A stretch of DNA of 55,959 nucleotides from Octopus bimaculoides (GCF_001194135.2 NC_069000.1:21790160-21846118), one strand, 5' to 3'. Counted from the stretch's first letter, positions 37,680 to 50,509 are shown. Program-made: numbers and translations. The notes: generated by a model from the sequence alone, not told the origin.

Positions 37680-37960
37680 CATCACCACTACCCTCACTGC
37701 ACGTATTAGTATCATCAACACCACTACTTCAGTTAAAAAAAATCATAAAAATAAACAATCATCATTACTCTCATCACTGCTAATGTCACCATCGCTACCA
37801 TCATCAGCACCATCACACCACCACACCTGCTTGGCAACATTGACATCAGTTAACACTTATGCCTTCATTTAAAGTGATGGAGTTGTTGGTGGTGATGATG
37901 AGGAAGAGGACTGTGATGATGCTGATGAAGACTAATGATGATGATGATGATGATGATGAC
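37680..37960. repeat. Degenerate (CAT)n followed by (GAT)n tract
   Basis: Direct reading. Confidence 0.8.
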
Positions 37961-38121
37961 GGTTATGATTGAGTGCAACAAAATAGTTTTATGATTGGTT
38001 ATCTTCTCTAATATTTATGGTTCCGATTAATCTTTATTTTTTGTTTTTTCTTTCCCTATATGTGGCCTTGATTATTTTTATCATGGCTTCATGTTATCTA
38101 AGTGGTGTGTGCATCTCATTT

Positions 38122-38171
<50 letters not shown>

Positions 38172-38334
38172 CTGCACTTTAGCATATAAAGCTTCTTTCT
38201 TTTTCTCTTACCTCTTTCTTTCATTTTCTCTTTTTCTTTGTTTCATTCCGTTCGCACTTGCACACACTTGCAGACTTCGCATTGCATGCACATGCATATG
38301 TCTGTGTTTGTGTAGTTAAGTGGAAGTTGACATA

Positions 38335-38535
38335 ATATAATGGTTTCAAATTTTGGCACAAAATTTGGAATTTCAAGGGGAGGTGGTGGTGGTGGTGGTG
38401 GTGGTGAAGTTGACTACATTGACCACAGTTTTCAACTGGTACTTATTTTATCAACCTCAGCAGAATTTGAACTCAGAACATAAAGAAATGCTGTTAAGCA
38501 TTTTGTTTAACCCACTAACAATTCTACAGACTCAC
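38335..38535 (-). mobile_element. SINE-B, internally deleted
   Basis: tttcaaattttggcaca...caactggtac...tttgaactcagaac. Confidence 0.75.
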
Positions 38536-38572
38536 CGTTTTAAGTTAACATAATACAATGACACAATGTGAA

Positions 38573-39411
38573 NNNNNNNNNNNNNNNNNNNNNNNNNNNN
38601 NNNNNNNNNNNNNNNNNNNNNNNNNNNNNNNNNNNNNNNNNNNNNNNNNNNNNNNNNNNNNNNNNNNNNNNNNNNNNNNNNNNNNNNNNNNNNNNNNNNN
38701 NNNNNNNNNNNNNNNNNNNNNNNNNNNNNNNNNNNNNNNNNNNNNNNNNNNNNNNNNNNNNNNNNNNNNNNNNNNNNNNNNNNNNNNNNNNNNNNNNNNN
38801 NNNNNNNNNNNNNNNNNNNNNNNNNNNNNNNNNNNNNNNNNNNNNNNNNNNNNNNNNNNNNNNNNNNNNNNNNNNNNNNNNNNNNNNNNNNNNNNNNNNN
38901 NNNNNNNNNNNNNNNNNNNNNNNNNNNNNNNNNNNNNNNNNNNNNNNNNNNNNNNNNNNNNNNNNNNNNNNNNNNNNNNNNNNNNNNNNNNNNNNNNNNN
39001 NNNNNNNNNNNNNNNNNNNNNNNNNNNNNNNNNNNNNNNNNNNNNNNNNNNNNNNNNNNNNNNNNNNNNNNNNNNNNNNNNNNNNNNNNNNNNNNNNNNN
39101 NNNNNNNNNNNNNNNNNNNNNNNNNNNNNNNNNNNNNNNNNNNNNNNNNNNNNNNNNNNNNNNNNNNNNNNNNNNNNNNNNNNNNNNNNNNNNNNNNNNN
39201 NNNNNNNNNNNNNNNNNNNNNNNNNNNNNNNNNNNNNNNNNNNNNNNNNNNNNNNNNNNNNNNNNNNNNNNNNNNNNNNNNNNNNNNNNNNNNNNNNNNN
39301 NNNNNNNNNNNNNNNNNNNNNNNNNNNNNNNNNNNNNNNNNNNNNNNNNNNNNNNNNNNNNNNNNNNNNNNNNNNNNNNNNNNNNNNNNNNNNNNNNNNN
39401 NNNNNNNNNNN
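38573..39411. other. Assembly gap (839 N)
   Basis: N run. Confidence 1.
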
Positions 39412-39737
39412 CGTTGTGATGTTTATTGAGTGAAAACACCTAAAGCTTCATGAGGCTCCAGCAGGGGATGGTGGCGAACCCTGCTGTACTCTTCCACCAC
39501 AACTTTCTCTCACTCTTACTTCCTGTTTCTGTTGTGCCTGTAATTCAAAGGACTAGCCTTGTCACACTCTGTGTCACGCTGAATCTCCCCGAGAACTACG
39601 TTAAGAGTACACGTGTCTGTGGAGTGCTCAGCCACTTGCACGTTAATTTCATGAGCAGGCTGTTCCGTTGATTGGATCAACTGGAACCCTCGACGTCGTA
39701 AGTGACGGAGTGCCAACAACAACAACAAACAACAACA
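39412..39737 (+). mobile_element. Young SINE of a fourth family, head hidden in the N gap, (CAA)n tail
   Basis: GC- and CpG-rich body ending gaaccctcgacgtcgtaagtgacggagtgc-(caa)n. It resembles an octopus tRNA-derived SINE as I recall it (family name not verified). Confidence 0.7.
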
Positions 39738-41340
39738 TTTCCAGAGTGAATTCATATGGATAACCAGGCATGGTTAGTACAGTGAATATTGAACTTTGCA
39801 ATAGTTGTGAGAGCGGAATATTATTTTGTTTGCTGTGTAAGGAAGCAGTTCATTTTCTAAAACCTGAGAGAGAGAGAGATTTCTTTATACATAGAACTAA
39901 TATTCCATATCTTTTGGAGCTTTATACATATATGAAGTATGGCACCCACAAAATATGCAGAAAATAAAGAGGGCATCTCCAACATTCATTTACCTGATAA
40001 AGATAACAGCCAGATATGCCTCAACTTGCATCACCATCTTACAAATGAGACATTTCAGATAATCCTTGGTATATTATATAAGAAAATAAAGGAAGGATGG
40101 TTAAAAAACAATTAGCTTTGTTCATTGGTTTACTGGATTACAGCTGAGTTGGGGTTAAATGACAACAAATACGATACTCAAAACTAACTATTATAACTAT
40201 AGTGAGCCAACAAAGCAGTCTTTGTGTGGTTTCTTAACCTGCTAGAAATTGCAGGCAATTCTTTCCCCAATTTTAACAACTTGAAAAAATAAAGTATCAG
40301 ATAATGTAGATAGTAGACGGCGGTGGTGGTTGGAACATTTTTGATCATAGAATGCTCTATTAGGACTCCCCTGCATCTAAATACAAACAAGATAGAGATA
40401 TACATATACAGGCTTGTGCATCTTTCTATTTGATTGGCAGATTTTCAGTCACCAATAGTTTATTGTCGTTAGTCAATTATCATGTTGTCTCCCTCATCTG
40501 TTGCTTCTACTCCTACAACAATGACCACTGTTCTCCTGAATATGATAACTGTACTGTATACACCACCACCACCACTCCCTCCTTCATGGAACACTTAATT
40601 GTGCCTCATCGTCCCCGAACACCTACTGTCTCTTGTAATCATAGACACCAAGACTACACAGCCCCTGCAATTTATAATTCTTTGTATCTCTGTCTCTGAC
40701 ATTACATCTCTTTTTATTTGTAGCTCCCCTTCATCACTTCTCTCATCCTCTCTATCTCTTTCAAACACTTCCCTTCTCTCTCTTTCTCTCTCTCTCTCAT
40801 TCACACACATACACATAAAGAAAAACTAGAATACAGTCCTTCCAATAACTTCCACATCTTCACAGTTATATAAATATTTAACAACATAATTATAACATAA
40901 TTATACAGAACATGAGAATTACATTTTCAAGAATATTTTTGAAATATGAAATCCCAATCATAGGCGCGTGCGTGCACACAAACACACACACACACACAGT
41001 TGAAATTTACAGAAAACAAAAGATAAAGACAGGTGTAGGAACAACAAGCAGGTGTATTAGTTTAATGCTCGGAAAAATGGAAAAGGATTAAGAGTTAAAA
41101 AATGGAAGAAGAATGAAAAAAAAATGGTGAGAGAAAGAATGTGATGCACACACATTTACATTATAAGAATTTAGAAAATTTCAGAGATAGGAAGTAACTT
41201 TTTTTTTTTTTATAGGTGAGCTCAAAGTAAATAAAGCTATCAGTTACAGCATATAGAATATTGGTTAAAATATTGTACATGTTATGATTTATAGTTTTAT
41301 CCACTTTGGCTTCCACTATTGAAAATTGTATGCATGTGCA

Positions 41341-41350
41341 CACACACACA

Positions 41351-41413
<63 letters not shown>

Positions 41414-41420
41414 GCGCGCG
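41341..41420. repeat. (CA)n-(GCAC)n-(CG)n compound microsatellite
   Basis: Direct reading. Confidence 0.95.
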
Positions 41421-42649
41421 AAATGGTAAAAAACAATGCACAGAGTTAGATAAATGAAAAATACAGGACTGGAAAAGGATGGAAAATATAAAGTGAAAGA
41501 CAAATGAAGAGGTGTGCAAATATGCTAGTGGAAAAAGCAAGAGAGAACCTAGCATCTCAATTGATATACTTTATCAAATAGAAGCAAAGTATTAAGAGAG
41601 CAAGTGAAAAATAAAAACAATATGTGATACATAATTTATGATGTCTGTTTACAAGGCAGGTTTCGTGTAAAATGGAAGTTAGGTAGTGGGATAGGAAGAC
41701 TGGGAATAGAAACTCAATCTGAGTGGCAGTGGGTGTAGGTGGAGAGGGAGGAGTGAAGAGAGAAAAAGAGAGAGTGAATAAGTGGAGAGAGAGAGAGGAG
41801 ATGGGAAGAGGTCAGTAACAAGGGAGGTAAAGGATTAGTAAGGGAGGGAATGTGAGATTAGGAGTGGGATACTCATGATACTAGTGTTTGTGCGTAGTGA
41901 AGTGTAGTTAATTTTTAAATGTGCAATGTTTTTATTGTGTAGGAAATAAATATCATTTGCTGTGTATCAAGGAATATGAAGTACTTGTATCTAGATATGC
42001 AAGTCATTGTTACAATACATTATGTCCAGCTAAGTATGTAAATGCACATGCATACAAGTATCCACTAAGAAAATTTGTGTTGAGGAGCAAAAATACCTAA
42101 AATTTTGGGCATTTACTCTTCTTCAAAGCTAAATAAAGACTACATAGAAGTGTTGTTTGCCTTGGTCACAGAAATGTGAATGAAAAATTCTGTAAGATTG
42201 TGGAAAAAGCCTGTGATAGTTGGTGTGAGTAGCATGTGAGGTAAAGAATTGGGAAGGAAGTAAAGAGTATGAAAGAGTTACTAGAGGAGGAGGCCAAAGT
42301 TTGTAAGAAACTGAAGATCAATTGAAATAGGAGATAGGTGATGAGGGCCAAGTCAAATGAGGTGAAAATTAGTATCAAGAGCATAGGGCAAAGAAAAGAG
42401 AGAAGAGAGGGGTAAAGGTACACGCACAATAACATAGACGTAGGAGGATTAGGAGAAAGGGAATGATAGAGGAAATGGACAGTGTGTTGAGAATGTAAAG
42501 AATTAAGAGGCAGTAAGGACTGATCATAATTGTAAAGAAAATGTGCATGTGTGTACATGTTTTTTCAAATGTTGTAAACAAAGTTTGTAAAGGAAGTGGG
42601 AAAGAGTACTTAATACATGGTGCTAAATTTAAACTAAATTCTTTTTCTC

Positions 42650-42880
42650 ATCATCTGCATAATTTGACATCTGTATTCCATGCTGACATAGGCTGGACAG
42701 TTTGACAGGATTTTACAAATCCAAGGACACCTTTGTGCTCCAATGTCTGCTTAGGCATGGTTTCTCTGGCTGGATGATCTTCCTAACACTTTATAGCATG
42801 TGCTGAGTGCTTTTTTCAGGGTACCAGTACTACTGAGATCACCGTGCAGCTTGCCAGACTAAAAATCTCCTTTGGCTGAG
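42650..42880 (-). mobile_element. SINE-C
   Basis: ttccatgctgacatagg...ggctggatgatcttcctaacac. Confidence 0.7.
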
Positions 42881-43429
42881 TGGGGCTACAACAAGGAGTT
42901 AGTTCTATGATAGGAAATGAGAAGTATTAAAGTATGAGAGAAGGAACTAGAACGGAACAGGTTTCTTGTTGTTGAGGGGCTATATTGTTACAAGCATCAT
43001 AGAAGATAAGATGGGAATGATCTGGGTGAAGCTGGAAAAAGATAAAAATAGTGGTGAGGTTTCAGGAGGACCCTCAAGAAACAAGGTGAGTTGAAGTGAA
43101 TGGGAACAGAATAAGGAATGTGGGTGGGTAGGGGTTGCAAGAATATGGGAGAGTGATAGATGGTTAGGGATGGGAAATAGGTGCAGGGGTGAAAATATGA
43201 TGGAGAATCAGTGTAGAGACTGGATAGAGTTGAAGAGTGGATGTAGTGAATGAATAGTGGATAAGGGGTGGTAGGGATGATACAGATAGGTTAAGGGAGA
43301 GCGAGTGAGCTGGGTAGGTTGCAAGAGTATGAAGGGAGAAGCAGGCATAGCGTATAGAAAGAGTGAGAGATGTATGGAGGAGAGATAATGTAGTGGCTCT
43401 GGAGGGTCATCAGTACTTGAATTTTAGAT

Positions 43430-44260
43430 TATAGCAATTGTTCTGGTGACTCATTCTGTGTTTTAAGATGGTTTTATATACATTCAAGTGAACTTATTCC
43501 CCTGTGTGTGTATTGTTTTTATTGATTATTTATTATGTATTATCGTATTTGAGTGTTATCTTCTAGATTATCATCATTTTGTCACTTTTCATTAGTCAGT
43601 TCATCAATTGGTTGATTCTGTTATTATATTTGGTTTCTCTCATTCACTTTTGTGGGTTAATTTGTTGGTCATTTTGTTGGGGTCTACATGGACTCTAGCT
43701 GTTTATCTGATGCTGTTAAATGTTATCCTTTGATATGCTGTTTTTTTTTGTTTGTTTTATTTAGTCATCTAAATTGTCATTTGTCTTCATTGGTTAATTT
43801 GTTGCTCACCAAGTAGTTTATTTGGTTGATTCACTTTATTGTACCCTGTTACTCTAATTTATTATTCTGTTAAGTTTTGCATTATCACTGCAAGTGTCCC
43901 ATCCGATGTCATTAAATTTTATTCTGCTATGCTGGTTTTCATTTCATTTGTTTCCTTGAAGTTGTTCTGATTTATATTGTCGATGCTGAGAGTGTAATTA
44001 AATGATATTTTGTGGTATATTGTTATTTTCTCCTTACAGTTCATTGGGTGTTGAGTTTTGGGGTCTGTGCAATATTCTGTTTTTCATTCCGTTGATTATC
44101 ATTGTGTCTCTTCTGCTAGTGAGCCTTCAGATATTGAGTCTGTTTGAAATTTATTCCACTTCTTAAAAAAGAATTTGTTTTGGTGTCTGCAATGTGATTT
44201 TATTTCATTCCTTCTGTTAAACAAACATATCTGTGGTGTAATTATATTTTAGTCTACTGG
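43430..44260 (-). mobile_element. Penelope-like element remnant: endonuclease C-terminus plus long A/C-rich 3' region
   Basis: Minus strand LFNRRNEIKSHCRHQNKF at 44171-44224 matches the LN.R.E..S.CRH.NK end motif of a PLE GIY-YIG subgroup. Downstream extent is inferred from strand bias only. Confidence 0.55.
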
Positions 44261-44699
44261 GATGCCCAGGGGGGAAAATATTGAAGCTATTTACATAAAG
44301 GGAGGCTCTATTATTGTCTAGTTTATATCTTCATTTCTCCCCTTTATGTACCAAATTTTGCTTCAATTAAGATGTTGCTTTGCTTCTGTATTTATTGCAA
44401 GGGAAAGGCATGTATGGTGTGTATCCAACTTTGAACATTCTGCTTATGCTTCAATAATAATTTCTTTTATCAGTGTTTCTCCAATATCCACTTAACTATC
44501 ACATACACATGATGGACTTTAGTTTCTACTTAGCAATTGCAATCAGAAGGCTTTAGTTAGCACAAAGCAATAATACAAGACACTTGCCCAAGATACTGTG
44601 CAGTGGGGAATCCAAAATTGCAGTTAGGATGCAAACTCCCTAAACACATACTCACGGCTGCACCTTAAATAACTTCTGTTTGACCCATGCTTATTATTG

Positions 44700-44915
44700 T
44701 TATTAAAGCTGCAAGCTGACAGAATCTTTAGCATGCTGGGCAAAATGTATAGTGGCATTTCGTCTGTTTATGTTCTTAGTTCAAATTCCGCCAAGGTTGA
44801 CTTTGCCTTTCATCTTTTTGGGGTTGATAAATTAAGTACCAGTGAAATACTGGGGTCGATGTAATCAACTAGTGCCCTCCCCAAAATTCCAGGCCTTGTG
44901 CCTTTAGTTGAAAAG

Positions 44916-45013
<98 letters not shown>

Positions 45014-45245
45014 GGTGGCAAACTGGCAGAATCGTTAGCATGCTGGGCAAAATACTTAGTGGCATTTCATCCGTCTTTATGTTCTGAATCCAAATTCTAC
45101 CAAGGTCAACTTTGCCTTTCATCCTTTCAGGGTTGATGAAATAAGTACCAGTGAAACACTGGGGTCAATGTAATTGACTTATCCCCTCCCACAAAATTTC
45201 AGGCTTTGTGCCTATTGCAGTGAGGATTATTACTATTATTATTAT
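44700..45245 (+). mobile_element. Two head-to-tail SINE-B copies separated by a long (ATT)n
   Basis: Both contain actttgcctttcatc..gggttgat.aa.taagtaccagtgaaa.actgggg. Confidence 0.88.
44918..45012. repeat. (ATT)n, ~31 units, tail of a SINE-B
   Basis: Direct reading. Confidence 0.95.
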
Positions 45246-46210
45246 TTCCACTTTGCTGAACCTCTGTATTGAAAAGCCTACGCAGAGACTATTGCAAAGA
45301 TTTGAAAAGGTGTTATTATTATTTAATGTCAGTTGAAGTCTGAAAAGAGCTTTGAGCAATGATTTTCTAGCAATGACCATTGTATCTTTCTATTCAGATA
45401 TAATGCTTGTAAAACTGTGTTATTCAATGTGTTCATCCATTTTTTTTTTTTAAAGATTGCATTGTTCGAGTCGGCAATATGGCTGCTATTTCTAGCAAGT
45501 TGAATGGCCTGTCTCTCTCATTAGACTGTTATGGTTGTTATAATGATTGTGTTTTTTTTTCTTCTTTTTTCTTAATGGGATTTTTGATACAATCTGTCAA
45601 AAATGTTTAAGTGATTCTAAAATAATCTTTTTCATAATTGTGTTTAGTTTTATAATAAGTTTTCTAAAAGGGTGAGGAAAGGTCATTGTGGTGGGGAGGT
45701 TCACTAAAATTTAAACAGTACTCTACCAGGTCTTTCTTAAATTTTATTTTATTTCGGTGTCTCTGATGTTAATTACAATAGCTGGTATGCGCATGTGTTA
45801 AAATAGTCTGTTCGGCTAAATCTGATTTGCTGAGTGAAAGTGGTGTTTTACCTGGTTTATTTATAGAATGTACATTTTAAAGAACAGTTTGTATTCTTTT
45901 AAAATGTTATTGATTATACACCAAAATAATTTGTTCCAGAAGGGAGAGGAAGCAAGCAGTCACACCATAGATATAATTGAAACAGAGAAGATGATACTCT
46001 GAGAAAATTTTATATATATGTATATATATACACACACTTTGGTGCAGCATAGAAAGACAAAGCATGTGCTATATAACTTGTACACTGTAACAGAAATTCA
46101 ATTTTAAAATATTTGCCTCACTGCACGTGTCAAGGTACACCATCTCCACCAACCTTGGACAGGAGAAATCCTCTGTATGATAGATCAATATGTACCCAAA
46201 TCTCACTGTT

Positions 46211-46438
46211 TTAACTCTTTGGCATTGACATTGCTTTGTTACATGTTATACTTATGTATCATTCACATTGTTTTGAATTAGGTATGCATCATCTTGTATC
46301 GAGATTTCAATGATGTGATTGTTTATTTTTAGTAAGACATCGGAGGGTAGGTGTGAAAGGCCAAATCTGGTCAGTTAGAACATAAAACAGGTAGAATATT
46401 TGAATCAGTTGTGGCCAGTTTAAGTGCTAAGGAGTTAA
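46211..46438 (+). mobile_element. MITE-1
   Basis: ttaactctttggcatt...gtgctaaggagttaa. Confidence 0.75.
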
Positions 46439-46828
46439 ATAAGGAAAGAGTATATTGGATAATGTTGTCCAAGAATTACTCCTGGAAAGGTAGGGTGGTC
46501 ACAGCTGGAATTACTTTCTTCATGAGTTTGTTTCATGAAAGTTGAGAACTGAGACCTAAAAAAACAACATATTTCCTTGAAATCCTCCATATTTTTATTT
46601 TTGCACAAAGTCTTCTTCCAAGTCAAGAAATCAAATAATCAGTCCTAAGTAACCTTGAATCTTTGAATTCTTTGAACAGAATTTTGATCAGAAGTAGTCT
46701 AGCCATGGCCATAACATTTTTTTCGAAGTATACCTAGGACAATGTTATTGAATATGTCCTTTCCTTTCTCAAGACAGTAACTTGTCATTTGAGGGGAGAT
46801 TTGACTGTAAATTCTAGTAATTGAATGG

Positions 46829-47042
46829 CTTCTTCTTCTTCTTCTTCTTCTTCTTCTTCTTCTTCTTCTTCTTCTTCTTCTTCTTCTTCTTCTTCTTCTT
46901 CTTCTTCTTCTTCTTCTTCTTCTTCTTCTTCTTCTTCTTCTTCTTCTTCTTCTTCTTCTTCTTCTTCTTCTTCTTCTTCTTCTTCTTCTTTTTCTTCTTC
47001 TTCTTCTTCTTCTTCTTCTTCTTCTTCTTCTTCTTCTTCTTC
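46829..47042. repeat. (TTC)n/(GAA)n, ~71 units, one interruption
   Basis: Direct reading; a single ttt variant near 46991. Confidence 0.97.
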
Positions 47043-47749
47043 ACCACACCATACTAATTCATTCCACTTTGTAAACGTTTTGTTCTTACTATTCATTGAC
47101 ACAGACCACATCAATAGTTTCTTCACATCATACTGTCTCCCTGTCATCTAATGTGTGTTTTGGATTCTTCACTGTGTTGGTTTGTTTGTTTTTGATAAGA
47201 AAGCTATAATCGATGTTTGTTATTTGTCATTGTTGGAGTTCCATATTTTGCCTGAATCTAAAGTTTCTCTTGATATTTCTTGTTCTTAACATTGATACTT
47301 ACATTGATACTTATCTTAACATGATAATTACCAAAATACAAATGACCATCTATTTGTCCTCCCCTTGTGAAACTTCCATCCCATTAATCCACTCTTTGTA
47401 CCCTCTCTTATGTCCACCTTGTACCTTTAGATGTTCAGGCATCCCATCGCCACCATCTGTATCTTCTTTCCAGCTACTCCTGCTCACCCTTGTATAATGT
47501 GAGTAAGCCTTGTATCTCCACCATAGCAAGACACCTGGACTTGTCCCTCTAGCACACTTTAGCCTCTCAACATCTGGCTTTGAACTATTGTTCCCCCTCC
47601 CCTTGCTCAAATACTTCCCTTCCATTTAGTTGGAGGGGAGTCTTCAACTTTCCTTCTTTGTGTTCCCTCTTTTTTTTATTTTGTCATGCTTGCTATGTGG
47701 TAACCTCACTAGAGTCAGTTGCATGAGAAAAAAACAAAACAAAACAAAA

Positions 47750-47920
47750 ACCCCAGTACACTCTGTAAAGGGGTTGATATTAGAAAGGGCTTCCGGATGT
47801 AAAAAACCATGTCAAAGCTGACATTGGAACTTGATGCAGCCCTGCCTCCACCAGATCCTACCAAACTATTCAACCTATACCAGTATGGAAAACGGATGTT
47901 AAACGGTGATGATGATGACT
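47750..47920 (+). mobile_element. SINE-C 3' part
   Basis: attagaaagggcttcc...caacctataccagtatggaaaacggatgttaaacggtgatgat. Confidence 0.75.
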
Positions 47921-48079
47921 CATGTATAAGTCATACTCCATATTTTGCACAGAAAAGTATGTAAACACTTTTATAATAGATATCTACATGATAGATGAGT
48001 CAACAAAACTAAGAGAGCTTTTCTAGTTATGATACATGTCTACTATTATTAGTGGAGTTAGACAAATAAAGTTCACAAA

Positions 48080-48310
48080 ATGTGGCTGTGTGGTTAAGAA
48101 TCTTGCTTACCATGTCTTGGTTTTAGTCCCAATGTGTTGCACCTTGGGCAAGTGACTTCCACTTTAGCCATGGGCTGACTAAAGCCTTATGAGTGGATTT
48201 GGTAAATAGAAACTGAGAGAAGTTTATTGTGTGTGTGTGTGTGTGTGTGTGTGTTTGTTTGCCACCACTGTTTGACTATTGATGTTGGTTTGTTTATGTC
48301 CCCATAACTA
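48080..48310 (+). mobile_element. SINE-A, truncated in the second arm
   Basis: gtggctgtgtggttaag...accttgggcaagtgactt. Confidence 0.8.
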
Positions 48311-48414
48311 AGGAGGCTAGAAATACATATTACATAACCCAAAAGTATATTATGATATCATAGAAGTCAGGAAATCATTTTTATGGTTAAATAAAATTGT
48401 GAAATTATGAATTA

Positions 48415-48645
48415 TCTTCTTTCACTTGTTTCAGTCACTGGACTGTAGCTATGCTGGGGCACCATCTTGAAGGAGTAAGTCAGCTAAATTACCCCCAGTC
48501 CTATTTTTTTCTTGTTTTAAGGTCTGGTACTTATTCTATCAATCTCATTTTACCGAATAGCTAAATTAGTGGGATGTAAACAAACCAACACCTACTGTCA
48601 AGCAGTGGTGGGGACTAATGCAAACATAAAAACACACACACACGC
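48415..48645 (-). mobile_element. SINE-A second arm
   Basis: cttgtttcagtcactggactgtagctatgc...ggatgtaaacaaacc. Confidence 0.75.
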
Positions 48646-48935
48646 ACCTTAACTTATGACCGAGTTCTGTCCTGACTGACAGGTTGTAAGTTGATCTGGT
48701 CGTCTGTCGGATTTATATTTTTCGATGTTATTTTCATTCAAATGCAACTGATGCTTGAAAGTGATTGGGTGAGAGACAGTGGCAGGCAGTGGATTCCTGG
48801 GTCTAAGGAAGGCCTGCGTTGCCAGATACTGCCATAGTTATTATACGTGCAGCTGCCCAACATCCAAAAACTGATTTTTTATTTATTTTTTATTTATTTT
48901 CTGTGGTCATAAGTCACATAGGTTGTAAGTTGAGA

Positions 48936-48983
<48 letters not shown>

Positions 48984-48984
48984 C

Positions 48985-49200
48985 ACCATCATCATTTAAT
49001 GTCCGTTTTCCAAGCTGGCATGGATTGGATGGTTTGACTGAAAACTGGTAAGCTGGGGAGCTGCATCAGGTCCAATCTGATTTGGCATGGTTTCTACAAC
49101 TGGATGCCCTTCCTGATACTAACCAGCCCTGAGAGTGTAGTGGGTGCTTCTTATGTGCCACTTATGAAACACCAGTATTGGCCATGACTATGATCTCACT
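48985..49200 (-). mobile_element. SINE-C
   Basis: ttaatgtccgttttccaagctggcatgg...ctggatgcccttcctgatactaacc. Confidence 0.8.
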
Positions 49201-49239
49201 TAGATAGATGGATGGATGGACGGACAGACGGACACAAAA

Positions 49240-49385
49240 TTGGGTTCTTTCGGTTTCTGTCTACCAAATCCACTTTGGCCAGCCCAGAGCTATAGCAGAA
49301 GACACTTTCACATGGTGCTGTGCAGTGGGACTGAATCCAGGACCCTGTGGTTGGAAAGGAAACTTTTTACCACACAGCCACTCTT
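49240..49385 (-). mobile_element. SINE-A first arm
   Basis: ctaccaaatccac...ttaccacacagccac. Confidence 0.75.
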
Positions 49386-50107
49386 TATAAAAAAAGATTA
49401 TGATGCACATCTTAAAATCCAGTTGAAAGCCATCAAATTCAGATTTGTCATCAGTGTCCTCTCATTTCTGTTGTTCATATTTCATCTCTATCCTATGATT
49501 CTATGTTTCATCTCTCTGTCCTTTGTCATCTTGGGAATATGTACCTAAATAGTCATCTTTTGTTCAATTCATGTCATTTTATATTCCTCTCTCTAGGAAA
49601 TTCTTTTTCACCATCTCAGCTGGAATATGATTTCAGCTATTCTTCACTCATTATGTTACAAGAGACAAGTTTAGCTTCATAGAGTTATCACTTTTGGTCA
49701 GTTCCTTATGGTTTAAAGACATCCAAATCATCTACATCAGACATGTCTTATTCTTCGATGGCTTACTGGGTGCCTCACTCAAATTTTGTATGTAAGATGT
49801 GAGTCTGGCTGGTGTCATAGCTTATTCAAGAGACCAGACCATGAATATTTTTTCCTAGTTTAGTGTACTGTAATTTATTCAGTGTGGCTGCACCCATATG
49901 AAATATGCACTCACAGGGCTTAGTATTTATAGTAATGGTTGGGACAAAGACAAAGTCATGCACAAAAAAATGTGATTTACATATGAGTAAATAAGGTAAT
50001 TATGTATTTATAAATTACTGTTTCTTAATTCAATGTGTTGGTCTTATATCTTTGGATTTTCCCTTAACACATTTTCATTATTCTTTTTGCTTTTTGTTTT
50101 GCAACAG

Positions 50108-50282
50108 GTGACAAGTTTCGGATGGTGATAGCTACAACTTTACGTGAAGATGGCTATCCTGATGATGGGGAATATTCCCCTGTTGATAGTGGCCCAACCC
50201 GAGCAGACAGCTTTGAATATGTTATGTATGGAAAGGTTTATAAATTGGAAGGCGATGACAGCGGTGCTGACTCTGGAAGACT
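50108..50282 (+). CDS. POLR2H: Internal coding exon of DNA-directed RNA polymerases I, II and III subunit RPABC3 (RPB8)
   Basis: Polypyrimidine tract plus CAG acceptor ending 50107, GTGAGT donor at 50283. Phase 1 in, phase 2 out, 175 nt. Translation (G)[57 protein letters not shown](L) matches RPB8 as I recall it (human [51 protein letters not shown]). Missed by the ORF track because it has no start codon. Confidence 0.95.
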
Positions 50283-50509
50283 GTGAGTAAACATACTTTT
50301 ATTACTGATTTTTGTTTGAAAAACTCTCATGGTGTATCTAATTAAGCTAGCTTTTAAACTGACATGATCAATACTGTGTATTGCAACACCAGCTTGTGGT
50401 TGGTAGATTCATTCCTACTGTTGACTGTCTACAAATGTGTACCTCGGTCTATCCTGTTGTGGTGGGGTGGGGGCGTGATAAAGTATTATTTCTTTCAGGA
50501 ATAAATATG

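Noticed and set aside
38540-39439. Long ORFs across N runs (also 26486-27233)
   Set aside because: They are open only because of Ns.
45740-45780. Minus-strand RHRNK, like the PLE end motif at 44.2 kb
   Set aside because: It needs an indel and has no supporting upstream residues.
46785-47151. Poly-E, poly-K, poly-S and poly-F ORFs
   Set aside because: They are translations of the (TTC)n tract.
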